Positions 1-11,066 of a stretch of DNA of 64,000 nucleotides are shown one piece after another. The notes below the pieces were generated by a model. It was given only the letters and a program-made list of their open reading frames with translations. It made no database searches and was not told the DNA's origin. The stretch comes from Octopus vulgaris (lineage: Eukaryota), in assembly GCA_951406725.2 (NCBI GenBank), contig OX597820.1, positions 15,252,001-15,316,000 on the forward strand, given 5' to 3'. Position numbers and translations under genes: made by a program. How positions within the stretch are numbered: the first letter of the stretch is position 1; the number at the start of each line of letters is the position of its first letter.

Positions 1-193
1 AATACCACTGGATGATGTGAGGGTGGATGTATGGACCATGGCTTTGAAGAGGCAGGATCCCAGTGGGCAGTTGGTAGGATTTCTGAAGTTGTAGGTGGGA
101 GCATAGGATGGAGATTGTGCAGAAGCCTGTTTAGAAAATGCAGCACACACCTCAAGAACATAAAGATGCACATGGTGGAGCACAACAAGCTTG

Positions 194-487
194 TGGAGGC
201 ACATGGCCTAGTTGTTAGAGCAGCAGACTTGCGGTCGAGGGATTGCGGGTTCTATTCTCAGACCGGGCGAAGAGTGTGCTTATGAGCGAAACACCTAAGC
301 TCCATGTGGATCCGGCAGAAGGTAATGGCGAACTTCTGCTGCTTCTTTCGCCTCAACTTTCTCTCACACTTTCCTCCTGCATCTTGCAGCTCACCTGCGA
401 TGGACCGGCGTCCCGTCCAGGTGGGGAACCTATATGCCAAGGAAACTGGCCCTTATGAGCCAGGCATGGCTCGAGAAGGAGCAAACA
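194..487 (+). mobile_element. tRNA-derived SINE (family A: tRNA head, V-domain-like segment, (AAC)n tail) with 12-bp TSD
   Basis: A-box-like TGGCCTAGTTG, B-box-like GTTCTATTCT, and CTGCGATGGACCGGCGTCCCGTCCAGG. The direct repeat ACAACAAGCTTG occurs at 182-193 and 488-499. Confidence 0.85.
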
Positions 488-1028
488 ACAACAAGCTTGC
501 ATAAAACAGTTGAAAACACAATAATAATGATTTATGATTTAAGCACAAGACTGGTGATATTAAGGGGATGACGAAAAGTAGATTTGACATCAGTGGGGGT
601 TGAACTCAGACCACAAAGAACTCGAACAAATGCCACTAATTACTTTTCTCAACAATCTGCTGATTCAACCAGCTTACCACCTTGAAATATGATAATGATT
701 TCTTAATGGATTATATTGGTGTAACAATAATAATAATAAATGCTGAGCATCTATTACTGTAACTGCATTGAAAATGATGATAAACTTCTTTGTGAATTGA
801 TGTGTTTTTGTTTTTGTATTTAAAGAAAACTGAAGATGCATCAGACTCTAAAGAAAATAAAAGCTACAATTACAACATCAGCTGTGTTAAAACAGCCAAC
901 AAAATGAAAGATGATCCTTTATACATGATGCCTGACTTTAATGAATATATTACATAAAGAAAATAGAGGGTTCTTTTTTTTTCTTTTGATGTGTATTTAA
1001 AAATAATGAAAATAATAACAGCACTCAC

Positions 1029-1180
1029 TTTTTCTGTTGAATTTGATATTTCTTCACAACTGTTTGAACGAACAAAAGTTCCTGCCCGTTGATCTAATTC
1101 AACATCCCCCAAAGCAGGCGATATTGGACTAACTTGTGCTTTGTCTTGGCTGTTGGATCTCTGTTTCACTGTTGTACTGC
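1029..1180 (-). CDS. PPFIBP1: Liprin-beta-like gene, exon F (152 nt, phase 1-0): (G)STTVKQRSNSQDKAQVSPISPALGDVELDQRAGTFVRSNSCEEISNSTEK
   Basis: Lies inside ORF 870..1226(-); ctaaatttaaag|GCAGTA...GAAAAA|gtgagt; in frame with exon E. The gene continues beyond the left edge of the window. Confidence 0.85.
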
Positions 1181-1373
1181 CTTTAAATTTAGAAATGAAA
1201 GAGAGAAAAAATATTTCAATTTCCATAAGAAAAATTTATACACATTTTAAAAGATTTAGTATGTATACGTGTGTTTTGTATTTTTATTTTCATTTGCACA
1301 GAAGTTAAGAGAAGCTAGCAGTTAAAGTAATTGCAAATGACAGTAGATAAAACACAACCGAAATTTCCATTAA

Positions 1374-1596
1374 CCCTTCTGTTACCATATTTCTGTTGAG
1401 ATGATATGTGTTTCTTTCATTTCATATAAATATAACTAAGAGTTTAATTAAATAACTTAGTTATCATTAAGCTAGTGTTAGGAAGCTTAGTGTAATGACT
1501 AAGGTTTTGTGGAAGGTTTTAATTCAGAGATTTTGAAAACAAGACATTTGTATTACAGAGCCAGAGGTAGTTTTAACCAGGTTGGTATCAAAAAGG
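1374..1596. mobile_element. piggyBac-type MITE (family P1)
   Basis: TTAA|CCCTT...AAAGG|TTAA; homologous to the copies at 7575-7794 and 56775-56991. Confidence 0.75.
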
Positions 1597-1826
1597 TTAA
1601 AACTCAAGTGAGATAGCCTTTATCTATTACTTGTTTAAGTCATTGGACTGTGGCCATGTTGGGGCACATCTTGAAGGGTTTAGCTGAACAAATTGGCTTT
1701 AGTAACTAGCTTTTAAGTCTGGTACTTATTCTATCAGTCTCTTTTGCCTAACTGCTAAGTTACAGTGGGGTAAGCAAACCAACACTGGTTGTCAAATGAT
1801 AGTGAGAATGAGAAAGACACATTAAA

Positions 1827-1880
<54 letters not shown>

Positions 1881-3654
1881 ATACACACATGTGTGATGAG
1901 CTTCCACAAAGTTTCCATCTACGAAATTCATTTACAGACCATTGGTCAGCCTGGATGTTTGCTCAAGGTTCTGCCCATTAGGATGTAACCCAAAACAAGC
2001 TCCTTAGCCACACAACTATGCTAATTGAAAAATTAGCATAGATAACCCACTAATTGAAAAAAAATCCCCAATAATAGAAAACAACAAATACCAGTGTTTT
2101 ATATGTGATTCTTCTTACTCAATGGTATCCATGAATGGGTAATTATCACTTAAATTCAGAATGTGATGGAATGGAATTGGTTTTTCAAATGACATTAGCA
2201 GAATAAATAAAATGAAATAGTTTCAACTAGTAAAAAAAAAAAAAAAGCTGTTGTTTAGCCCAAGGTCATCATCACAGATTAAACAGACATGTGACCAAAG
2301 ATATTCCAGCCATGAGCAGCTTGTCTTTTTCAGGCAGTGTGCACTCTCCAGGGTCACATTATTTTGTGTCCTGAACCTTTTTAGATAGTATGGTATGATA
2401 TGAGGGAAATTTGGTTGTTATTTCTAGTAACAGTTGCAAGAGCTTCATGTCATACCTGACCATACTTCAAGAAGTCCGGTTGTTGTTGTTGATTAACCCC
2501 AAGTCAGTATTGATTGAACAGATCTATAACCAAAGACATTTCAGCTGCAACCACCTTTTGCCCACCCACACCTAACCCCCTTTTGTCAGGCACTTTACAT
2601 TCGGAATCACATCGTCCAATGTATCTTACTCTTACCATGTTAGGGTTTAAAAAGAAAGAGATTTGGCTGTTATTTCTAGCAAGTCAAGCATTCATACTGA
2701 GGCTCCCTCATTAACTCACAGCAGGTTGAGGATTGGCTTGTTAGAAACTTATCTCTTTTCAATTACCTCAGAGACCATTTCAGTTTATATTGAGATAATA
2801 TTTGTTAGTAGTCATCCAATCAATTAATTAGCAATCTTGGACCATTTGGGGAAGGAACAAATTTGATAACTGCACATCCATTCAATTAATTATATTTACT
2901 AGCTCCAGTGCAAAACAATCATTTTTGTCACTGCCTTATGTTTTCTATCCCAAATTTTTACAGGCATGGCTGTGTGGTTAAGAAATTTGCTTTCCAACCA
3001 TACGGTTTCAAGATCAATCCCACTGCATAACATCTTGAGCAAGTGTCTTCTACTATAGCTCCAGGCCAACAAAGCCTTGCCAGTGGGTTTGACTGATGAA
3101 GTCTGTGTGTGTGTGTGAGCGTGTGCGCACATCTGTGTTACTCCGCTTAAAAACTGGTGAAAATTGGTGTCAGGAAAGGTATCTGGCCACAGAAAATCCA
3201 CCTCAATATATTCTGTCTAACCCATGCAAGCATGGAAAAATGGATGTAAAACCACCGATGATGATAAAAAAGTTGGATAGAGTAACTCATGGTTTTAGTT
3301 CTGACTCAGGACTCTGAGTTCAAATCCTGCTGAAGTCATCTTTGCCTTTCATTGGTTTGTAAAAAGGTACCCACTGCTGGGTAGAAGATTAGAGGAAATG
3401 TAATAACACAGGATCAAATGCCTTGTGATATTTATTCCAGCCCTTTACATTCTGAGTTTAAATCCCACCATGGATGACAGATGTGATCTGCTGCCCAGTT
3501 TAACACTATCCCCAGCATGTTGGTGCTTTTAGTAAAGTCTACACTGTTGCTTCATGAAAACAAAATTATTTTACTAAATTCTTTGTCATATTTAAAATTA
3601 AATGAAAGAAACACAGAGCATCTCAAAATAAATATGGTAACGAAAGGGTTAAAA

Positions 3655-3922
3655 AAGTGGTTCTCAACCATTTTTTGCATGTGGACACCCCGATTCCTTT
3701 TTTAGTCTAGTAGATCCCCATATACATTTGAAGTTTTTAAAATCCTTATATTTTTATAATTAAATATTATTAGAAATTGTATTAAAAAAAAACTGTTGAA
3801 ATATCTTGTGTATTATAGAAATGTAACAGATTTATTGCACATAAATTTTAGTAACTAACTCTTACATGGACACACCACCACCCACCCACCAAGGGTCATG
3901 CGGACCCCAGTTGAGAACTACT
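3655..3922. mobile_element. hAT/Charlie-like MITE
   Basis: Termini AGTGGTTCTCAAC ... GTTGAGAACTACTG resemble the CAGTGGTTCTCAA-type TIRs of Charlie/MER20-like elements. Confidence 0.6.
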
Positions 3923-4144
3923 GATTTAAAAGAATGTTCTGCTAACAAAATAGAATAATATTATATTTTTATAATTAAATATTATTAGAAATTGTATAAA
4001 AAAATTCTTTTGCATTGTAGAAATGTAATAGATTTATTGCACATAAATTTTAGTAACTCTTACATGGACCCTCCCCCAGGGTCATGGGGACCCCATTTGA
4101 GAACTACTAATTTAAAAGAATGTTCTGATAACAAAATAGAATAA
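3746..4144 (+). repeat. Imperfect tandem duplication (~215 and ~185 nt units) covering the MITE end and its flank
   Basis: TTATATTTTTATAATTAAATATTATTAGAAATTGT...GAGAACTACT...AAAATAGAATAA occurs at 3746-3960 and again at 3961-4144. Confidence 0.85.
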
Positions 4145-4283
4145 AAACTAATGTAAGATTTTGCAAATGAATTTCCACAGACTATTTAGTATACTAGTAT
4201 ACTAATACCATGTTGGTTTACATTTACATAACCCCCCACCCCAAAAAAACAAAACAAACAAACTATGGAATGGAAATACATAC

Positions 4284-4338
4284 CTGGTGTACTTGTGGCA
4301 CTAGGGCCAGATAAATGTTTGTCTTTTGAATCATCAGA
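4284..4338 (-). CDS. PPFIBP1: Liprin-beta-like gene, exon E (55 nt, phase 0-1): SDDSKDKHLSGPSATSTP(G)
   Basis: ttctatttgcttacag|TCTGAT...CACCAG|gtatgt; phases compatible on both sides. Confidence 0.85.
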
Positions 4339-4783
4339 CTGTAAGCAAATAGAAAAAGAAAGGTGTCATTTTTTTTAAAGAAAACAAAATTCTATACAGA
4401 TGGTAGGTTTGTATTGATTGATTAGTAAAACAGTAATACAAAATATTGATTTCATTCATTTAAGGTAGATGTATTAAAAGGCTGCATTGATTTTTCAAAA
4501 AAAATGTATTCAATTTAAGATGAATTAATTTTGGACAATATATTAAATGCAGTTTAGCTCTATAGTAAAAACTGTCTTATGTTACTATTGATCATCAGAT
4601 CAGAATTACTGAAATAGTGAACTAATTTAAATATCGAATGCTTTCAAAGAAGCCAAGCTTTGAGCTTTTGATTTTCCAGAAAGGAAATGAAATCTTCTTC
4701 ATTTTGCTAATGGAATAAAAGACAAATTATTAAAAATATAGATAGATAAAGAATTTGTTTCCAAAAATAATTGAGATAACGAC

Positions 4784-4814
<31 letters not shown>

Positions 4815-4884
4815 ACAACACTTTATATGTTAATAGAAATTGTATTAATTAGAAGAAGAAAAAAAATCAAGAAAAATCCCATAC

Positions 4885-4991
4885 CTTTGTTCCATCAGCT
4901 GTATCTTTTCCACCACTTCCAGTAGAGGGAGACATAGATGATGTGGTAGAGCTGTTATCATCTTCAAAGTTAGCCATGAGATCGTCCAGAG
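4885..4991 (-). CDS. PPFIBP1: Liprin-beta-like gene, exon D (107 nt, phase 1-0): (A)LDDLMANFEDDNSSTTSSMSPSTGSGGKDTADGTK
   Basis: ttgttgtttatag|CTCTGG...ACAAAG|gtatgg; phase matches exons C and E; Ser/Thr-rich linker. Confidence 0.85.
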
Positions 4992-5033
4992 CTATAAACA
5001 ACAAACAAAATCCATTATAACATTATATATATA

Positions 5034-5375
5034 CTAGCAAAGACACCCAGTGTTGCTCAGCTTTGTAAGGGAAAAAAATGCATTAAAAATGGGGAAAAAA
5101 ATGATGGTAAATTTTTTTTTAAATCGTTGACTCATTGTAGACATTTTAAGAGAGTTACTTCCCTTATATAATAGCGAAAAAATGCATTAAAATGGAAAAA
5201 GATGATGGTAAATTATTTTTAAAATCGTAGACTCACACTAATACCCAGAAGGGCTCGATATGAATCACGACTATAAGATACCCGGTTTTGGTTAAACTGC
5301 ACCGCAAAATGTGGGAGTAGTTAGGAATCTAAATCGTAGGAGACAGACACACAACTTCACTTTTATATATAAAGA
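5034..5375 (-). mobile_element. Non-autonomous Helitron
   Basis: Minus strand reads A|TC...CTAG|T with a subterminal hairpin-like motif; it is the reverse-complement homolog of 48547-48933. Confidence 0.85.
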
Positions 5376-6820
5376 TTAGCAGAGACACCCAGTGTTGCCC
5401 AAGAATGAAATTTTTCCTTATATTCTGAATAAAAATAATGATAATGATGATGATGACGAGGATGAGGACGATGACGACAACAACAACTGAAAATACAAAA
5501 TTTACAACTTTTATGAAAAGAGATGAATTCTACCACATATGTTGAAGGAACTTATGAAAGAGCTTCTGGGTAAACAACATTCTTTGTTTTCTGGTTTGGA
5601 GCAGAGACAAATAAGTCTTGCAAATTACCTACCCTGGAACAACCAACATAAAGGTGACCATGAAAAAAGCAAGCCAGTAGATTTCAAAGACTGACCTTGA
5701 GTTTTATTGACAGACATTGCAAAGCAAAGTCGCACTGAGAATTGTGTTCATCTGAACTCAAATTGCATGTCTGATGGTTTGATTGGAATTCTTGAACTGA
5801 AAGACTCTTCCCCAGAGGCACATCCATTGATAATGGTAGCTTCTGTCACTTTAGGTGGTAATATCTTCACAATCAACCTTGTCCCATTGCATAAGTTAGG
5901 ATCTAAATTTCTTAGAAGCATTATTGGGACTTCAGAAAAAGTTTATGTGGAGGAGTTCCAGATGGTTCAAGAGAATTAAGGAACTCTGTTGGGTAATGGA
6001 CAGCTTAATTTTCATGAAGGACTGAATCAACTGATTTGTACTTCTTAATGACTGTTGGAATCTTATTCATTAATTCATGGTTAATTCTTGCTACTGTCTC
6101 ATTTTTTGGAGCAAGAATTGCCCTTTCACACAACCATTTATGTGAATTATAATTATTACTTAAGCCTGGAAATACCCTGTTCTTCAATTCAGCTGGGGAA
6201 TTCACCATGATAGCAATATGAGCCAAACTGATATCACCATTCCCATCAAATGGTACTTTCCCATATCCTAAATGGAGGACCTATTTATTACATTGGTCCC
6301 CATGTAATAAAGCTCGCACATTAGTATTGAAGAAGAATTTTAGTACTTTATTCCACTGGTGTGAAGACTTAATGCATGCTTTTATTTCATCAGATCTTTT
6401 TCATCTCAGAATGACTGGTAATGTCTGTCTGAGGTCTCTTGGTTAAATTAATGTAACTCCTCCCATAGATTTGTTGTTGCCTCTGATGTCCTGTAAGGTT
6501 TTACCAAGAGTGCTCATTGCACTTCTATGTGACATGGTGCATTAATCTCAAATGATAAGGTGGCATTGTCAGAACCTGAATCTTTGCTTATGTTACAAAC
6601 TGGACTGTTATTTGTGACCAGGTTTAATGGTAATTTAAAAGCAGAATGTGCTGTTTGTCCTCCTGGGAGAATGGTGGCAGCAAAGCCAGACAATGGTACA
6701 GCAGCTGCAATTCTTTTTTGTTACCTTACCTTGGAGAGAAGCAATTTTGTTACAAATGTTTTACCTGTGCCACCAGGAACATCATGAAAGAAAATTCCTC
6801 TGCTTTTTTCTGGTGATTGT
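5376..6820 (-). mobile_element. Decayed Helitron RepHel fragment: Pif1-family helicase pseudogene plus 3' terminus
   Basis: Minus-strand translation gives FFHDVPGGTGKTF (Walker A, ~6759-6777), GGQTAHSAFKLP, LCERAILAPKNETV, PIMLLRNLDPNLCNGTRL, CFAMSVNKTQGQSL and HGHLYVGCSRVG...KNVVYPEAL* (stop ~5552). It carries several stops and frameshifts. A Helitron-type 3' end lies at 5377-5401. Confidence 0.92.
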
Positions 6821-7287
6821 CAAACACAACATGCATGCATGCACACACACACAGAGTATCGAATATCAGCTGAAATGGACGTGTTTGTGTGTGTGAGACA
6901 GAGAGAGAGAGCAAGTGAAGGGGTGTGTTGTCACGTATATGTACATACATAAATAAATAGGCATAAATCTCTTGTATGCATGTGTGCATGGCAGAGAGAG
7001 AGAGAACGAGAGGGAGAGCCATTTGGACACCACTCTCTCTCTCTCTCTCTCTCTCTCTATCACACACACACACACACACACATACATAGAAAAAAGATGT
7101 ATGCATATGTATTTATGCATGTACGTATTACATGGCAACACACCCCTTTACTCACGTACACACACACACATAAATGTATATAAGCGTACATCCAAAAACA
7201 CGTGTGCATGTGCCACTGACTACAAATGCATAGAGCTGAATATGGCGTACGAAAAGGAAAATAAATCAAAAATTTTTACGGAAATTA

Positions 7288-7330
<43 letters not shown>

Positions 7331-7574
7331 GAGAGAGAGAGGGAGAGAGAGAGAGAGAGAGCAAGCATTGCAGACAATGAATGAGAAGAACATGGAATGA
7401 AAAAATTGTATAAATAAAAACTATCTTGTACTGAATATTTAAATTTGTGAACTTCATAAATATTTCTTTCAGTAATTTACAGTTATTTACAAATACTGAA
7501 CATTAAAACAGAGAGTGAGAGACTTTGCCGTTTTTATGTCAATACTGGAAGTTGACATTGAGAAACCTGTTTAA

Positions 7575-7794
7575 CCCTTTCATTACTAACCCAGCCTAAA
7601 CCAGCTCTGGCTCTGTAGTACAAATGTCTTATTTCCATAAGTTTTGAATTAAAATCTTTCACCAAACCTTAGTCACAATTTATGTTCCTAACACTAGCTG
7701 AATGATAACTTAGTTATTTTACTAAGTTCTTTCTTATATTTGAAAATCATTGAAAGAAACAGAGTATCTCAAAATAAATACAGTAACGAAAGGT
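7575..7794. mobile_element. piggyBac-type MITE (family P1), opposite orientation to the 56775 copy
   Basis: TTAA at 7571-7574 and 7795-7798; TIR CCCTTTCATTACT / AGTAACGAAAGGT. Confidence 0.8.
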
Positions 7795-7982
7795 TTAAAG
7801 AAGTGAATCATAAAGTAATATCTTTTTATTTTTGATAAAAAAATTAACTGAAGATCCTATTATGTGTCCGAGGTCAAATTATTCATGCATCACAAGTATG
7901 GAAGTAACAGGTAACCATTTTCACGTGAAAAGCAAATACACACACATCTTTATTTTATCTATTATATATATATATATACAAT

Positions 7983-8275
7983 AAATGTCGCCCTTTTCAA
8001 GCCTAGCCAGGCTCATGGGCCTGGTTTCCCAGTTTCTGTAGAGTATGTGTTCCCCCCAGCTGGACAGGACGCCAGTCCATCGCAGCGTTACTCAAGAAAC
8101 GGGAAGAAAGAATGAGAGAAAGTTGTGGTGAAAGAGTACAACAGCCCCCCCCTCCCCCGTGGAGTTTTTAGGTGTTTTTGCTCCATAAACACACACAACG
8201 CCTGGTCTGGGAATCGAAACTGTGATCATCCAACTGCGAGTCCGCTGCCCTAACCACTGGGCCATTGCACCTCCA
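7983..8275 (-). mobile_element. tRNA-derived SINE family A
   Basis: Head GGAGGTGCAATGGCCCAGTGGTTAGGGCAGCGGACTCGC...GTTTCGATTCCC on the minus strand. Related copies at ~15980-16255(+), ~42093-42325(+) and ~60268-60537(-). Confidence 0.85.
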
Positions 8276-9012
8276 CACACACACATATATATCATCATCA
8301 TCATCATTTAAAGTCCGTTCTCCATGCTAGCAAGGGTTGGACGGTTTTGACTGAGGGCTGGCAACCAGATGGCTGCACCAGGCTCCAGTCTTGATCTGGT
8401 AGAGTTTCTACAGCGGGATGCCCTACACACACATATATCATCAATCATCATCATTTAACATCCTTTCTCCCTGCTGGCATGAGTTGACTGGTTTGACAGG
8501 AGCTGGAAAGGTTTCTATGGCTGGACGCTCTTGTATGTATGTGTGCATACCACTTTACAGAATATACGGGCTGCTTTTTACATGGTACCAGCACTTTTCA
8601 TGTGGTATCAGCACAGGTCCTTTTCATGCGACATCAGCATATGCATATATATTCTTTTACCCGTGTCAGTCATTTGACTGCAGCCATGCTGGAGCACTGC
8701 CTTTAGTTGAGCAAATCAACCCAAGGACTTATTCTTTGTAAGCCTAGTTTACGAGCACGTAAACACACCAGCATTGGTTGTCAAGTGATGTTGGGGGGAC
8801 AAACACAGACACACAAACATACACACGCACACATATATGTATACAACGGGTTTCTTTCAGTTTCCATCTACTAAATCCATTCATAAGGCTATAGTAAAAG
8901 ACACTTGCCCAAGATGTCACATAATGAAACTGAACCCAGAACCATGCGGTTGGTAGGCAAACTACTTACCACACAGCCACATTATATATATATACACACA
9001 CACAGAGAAAAC

Positions 9013-9154
<142 letters not shown>

Positions 9155-10252
9155 AATAATGAGGATGAATATTAAGCAAACTTTAGTTAAACACTGCATG
9201 AAAAAAACAAGATCAGTTGATTATGGAAGGTGCTATGATCTGGAAAGAAGTAGTTATGAGAAGATATGCAACCAAGTTACAAAGAAGGGTTGTTATTGGT
9301 ACTGTCCATCTCATACCAAAATGAAAAAAACAAAAAACTGCTATAATACTGCTGCTGCTGAATAGCATTATCTATCACAGTTATGTCTTATCATCATCTT
9401 TATATATTCTATTTTTTTGAACAAGAGTAAGTTTAAGCGAGAAAGTTATTTTAAGAATTTCCACTTTAAAACAACAGCTGGTGTTAAAAACAAAATAGTG
9501 TTAGATAGCACACCATATTGTCTTCCAGTTAAAATTTTGCTATGATCTTTTTCCTGCACTCATCTTCCAATCCCCACCCCAGCCTCCAAAGGGGCATACA
9601 ATTACAACCCTTCCCATACGACTCACTATCCTGTTCACAGTTAATGACAACACTTTGTACCTTAACCCTTTAGCATTTAAACCAGCTGCATCTGGCCAAA
9701 ATAGTCTACCTGTTTTATATTCAAACTGGATAGATCCAACCTCTCATTCTAAGTAAAAATATGGTTTTATATAGCTTGTCATGGATATAAGCTTCATATC
9801 TGAGTCTCAAAGCAGACCTTGAAGAGAGAGAGCAAGTCACTGAAAAGGTGATTAGAGACTGATTGTTTAACCAGCACATTAAAGAAATGGTTGATTAGTT
9901 AGTTGGTTAGGTATTTAACTAATTGAACAACAATAAAGAAGTGCTATTGAACCAGTGTCTGTGTTATTATTGGTGTAATGACCTTCCCAATACAGAAAAT
10001 ATAAAAGGTTTTATCCTTTGTTTCCATCAAATTCTTTTTTATAAGATTTTGTTCCAAACAAGGATTGAGACCACTGTAGCATAAGGGATCACAAAGAAGG
10101 AAGAGAAGGAGCTCGCTCTACAAATTTTAAAAGATATGAATTGACAAGAAGTTAAAAGGACTAAATATAGACAAGAGGAAAACAAGACAATGGTTATGAG
10201 ATCCAGAGAGCAGCAGTTTGAGGAAAGAAGTTATTAGAATACAAGGACTTGA

Positions 10253-10483
10253 AGGCGAAGAGCTGGCAGAATCGTTAGCACGCCGGGCAAAATGCTTAGC
10301 GGTATTTCATCTGCCATTACATTCTGAGTTCAAATTCTGCCGAGGTTGACTTTACCTTTCATCTTTTGGGGTCGATAAATTAAGTACCAGTTACGCACTG
10401 GAGTCAATTTAATTGACTTAATCACTTTATCTGTCCTTGTTTGTCCTCTCTATGTTTAGTCCCTTGTGGGCAATAAAGAAATA
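10253..10483 (+). mobile_element. SINE family C (GAGCTGGCAGAATCGTTAGC head; CCTTTCATCCTTTCGGGGTCGATAAATTAAGTACC-type central domain)
   Basis: B-box GAGTTCAAATTC. Homologs at ~21155-21360(-), ~36057-36185(+), ~37100-37495(-, two), ~40685-40890(+) and 56146-56377(-). The central domain resembles the conserved Meta/Nin-type SINE domains (recalled, not verified). Confidence 0.85.
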
Positions 10484-10559
10484 ACAAAACAAGGACTTAT
10501 GATTAACAGGAAGTTCAATAGAGAAAGAAAGCACCTGGGAAGTGAAGCAGGTGACATGT

Positions 10560-10787
10560 TTAACCTTTAGCCCTCAGATTACTCTGCTCTTAAATGTAAT
10601 GCTTATTTATTCACATCGTTTTGAATTAATCATGCATTATCTTGTGGCTTTGAAATTTGGATGATGTGAATGCTATTTTTAGAATGACATTGTAGAATAG
10701 GTGTGAGAGGCTGGATCTAGTCAGTTTGAACTTAAAATAGGTAGACTATTTTTGCCGGATATGGACAGTTTAAATGCAAAAGGATTA
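10560..10787. mobile_element. piggyBac-type MITE (family P2)
   Basis: TTAACCTTTAGC...TGCAAAAGGATTA; homologous to 57411-57639 and to a partial copy at ~9662-9750. Confidence 0.7.
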
Positions 10788-10789
10788 CA

Positions 10790-10930
10790 GATTTTGAGAA
10801 AGGGTACCAAACCAGAAAGTTCATCGGAATGATGACCATAGAAATATTTACAGAAAAATAACAACGAAGATGATTTTGACAATGAACCAAAGACTCCATC
10901 CCAGTAGAAAGAGGACCTGCCATGTGAACA
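10790..10930 (-). mobile_element. CR1/L2-group LINE ORF2 C-terminal remnant
   Basis: SLLFFCKYFYGHHSDELSGLVP resembles the SLFYRYFxGxCSxELxxLVP motif of CR1-group elements. A similar 3' remnant (FPRT...NSL...IFP) lies at ~25810-25915(-). Confidence 0.5.
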
Positions 10931-10981
10931 ACTCAATTTTAAATTTGATTAAGAGACATTAGACATTAAATCAAGGCATAC

Positions 10982-11066
10982 CTCTCCTTCCTTGAGCCTG
11001 TATGAGCATTTCTTCAATTTTCTTATAACGTCGTAATAGTTTTCCATAGTCTTCTAACCGGCGGTC
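10982..11066 (-). CDS. PPFIBP1: Liprin-beta-like gene, exon C (85 nt, phase 0-1): DRRLEDYGKLLRRYKKIEEMLIQAQGRR
   Basis: ttttcaatcag|GACCGC...GGAGAG|gtatgc. It continues exon B in frame (ANEEK|DRRLE) and resembles recalled liprin-beta DRKIEDLRQCLNRYKKMQD...AQG. Confidence 0.9.

Noticed and set aside
870-1226. 118-aa ORF as a standalone gene
   Set aside because: Only 1029-1180 is bounded by splice sites and looks coding; the rest is intron read-through.
5707-5979. Plus-strand ORFs over the Helitron region
   Set aside because: They are antisense to the recognisable Pif1 helicase motifs.
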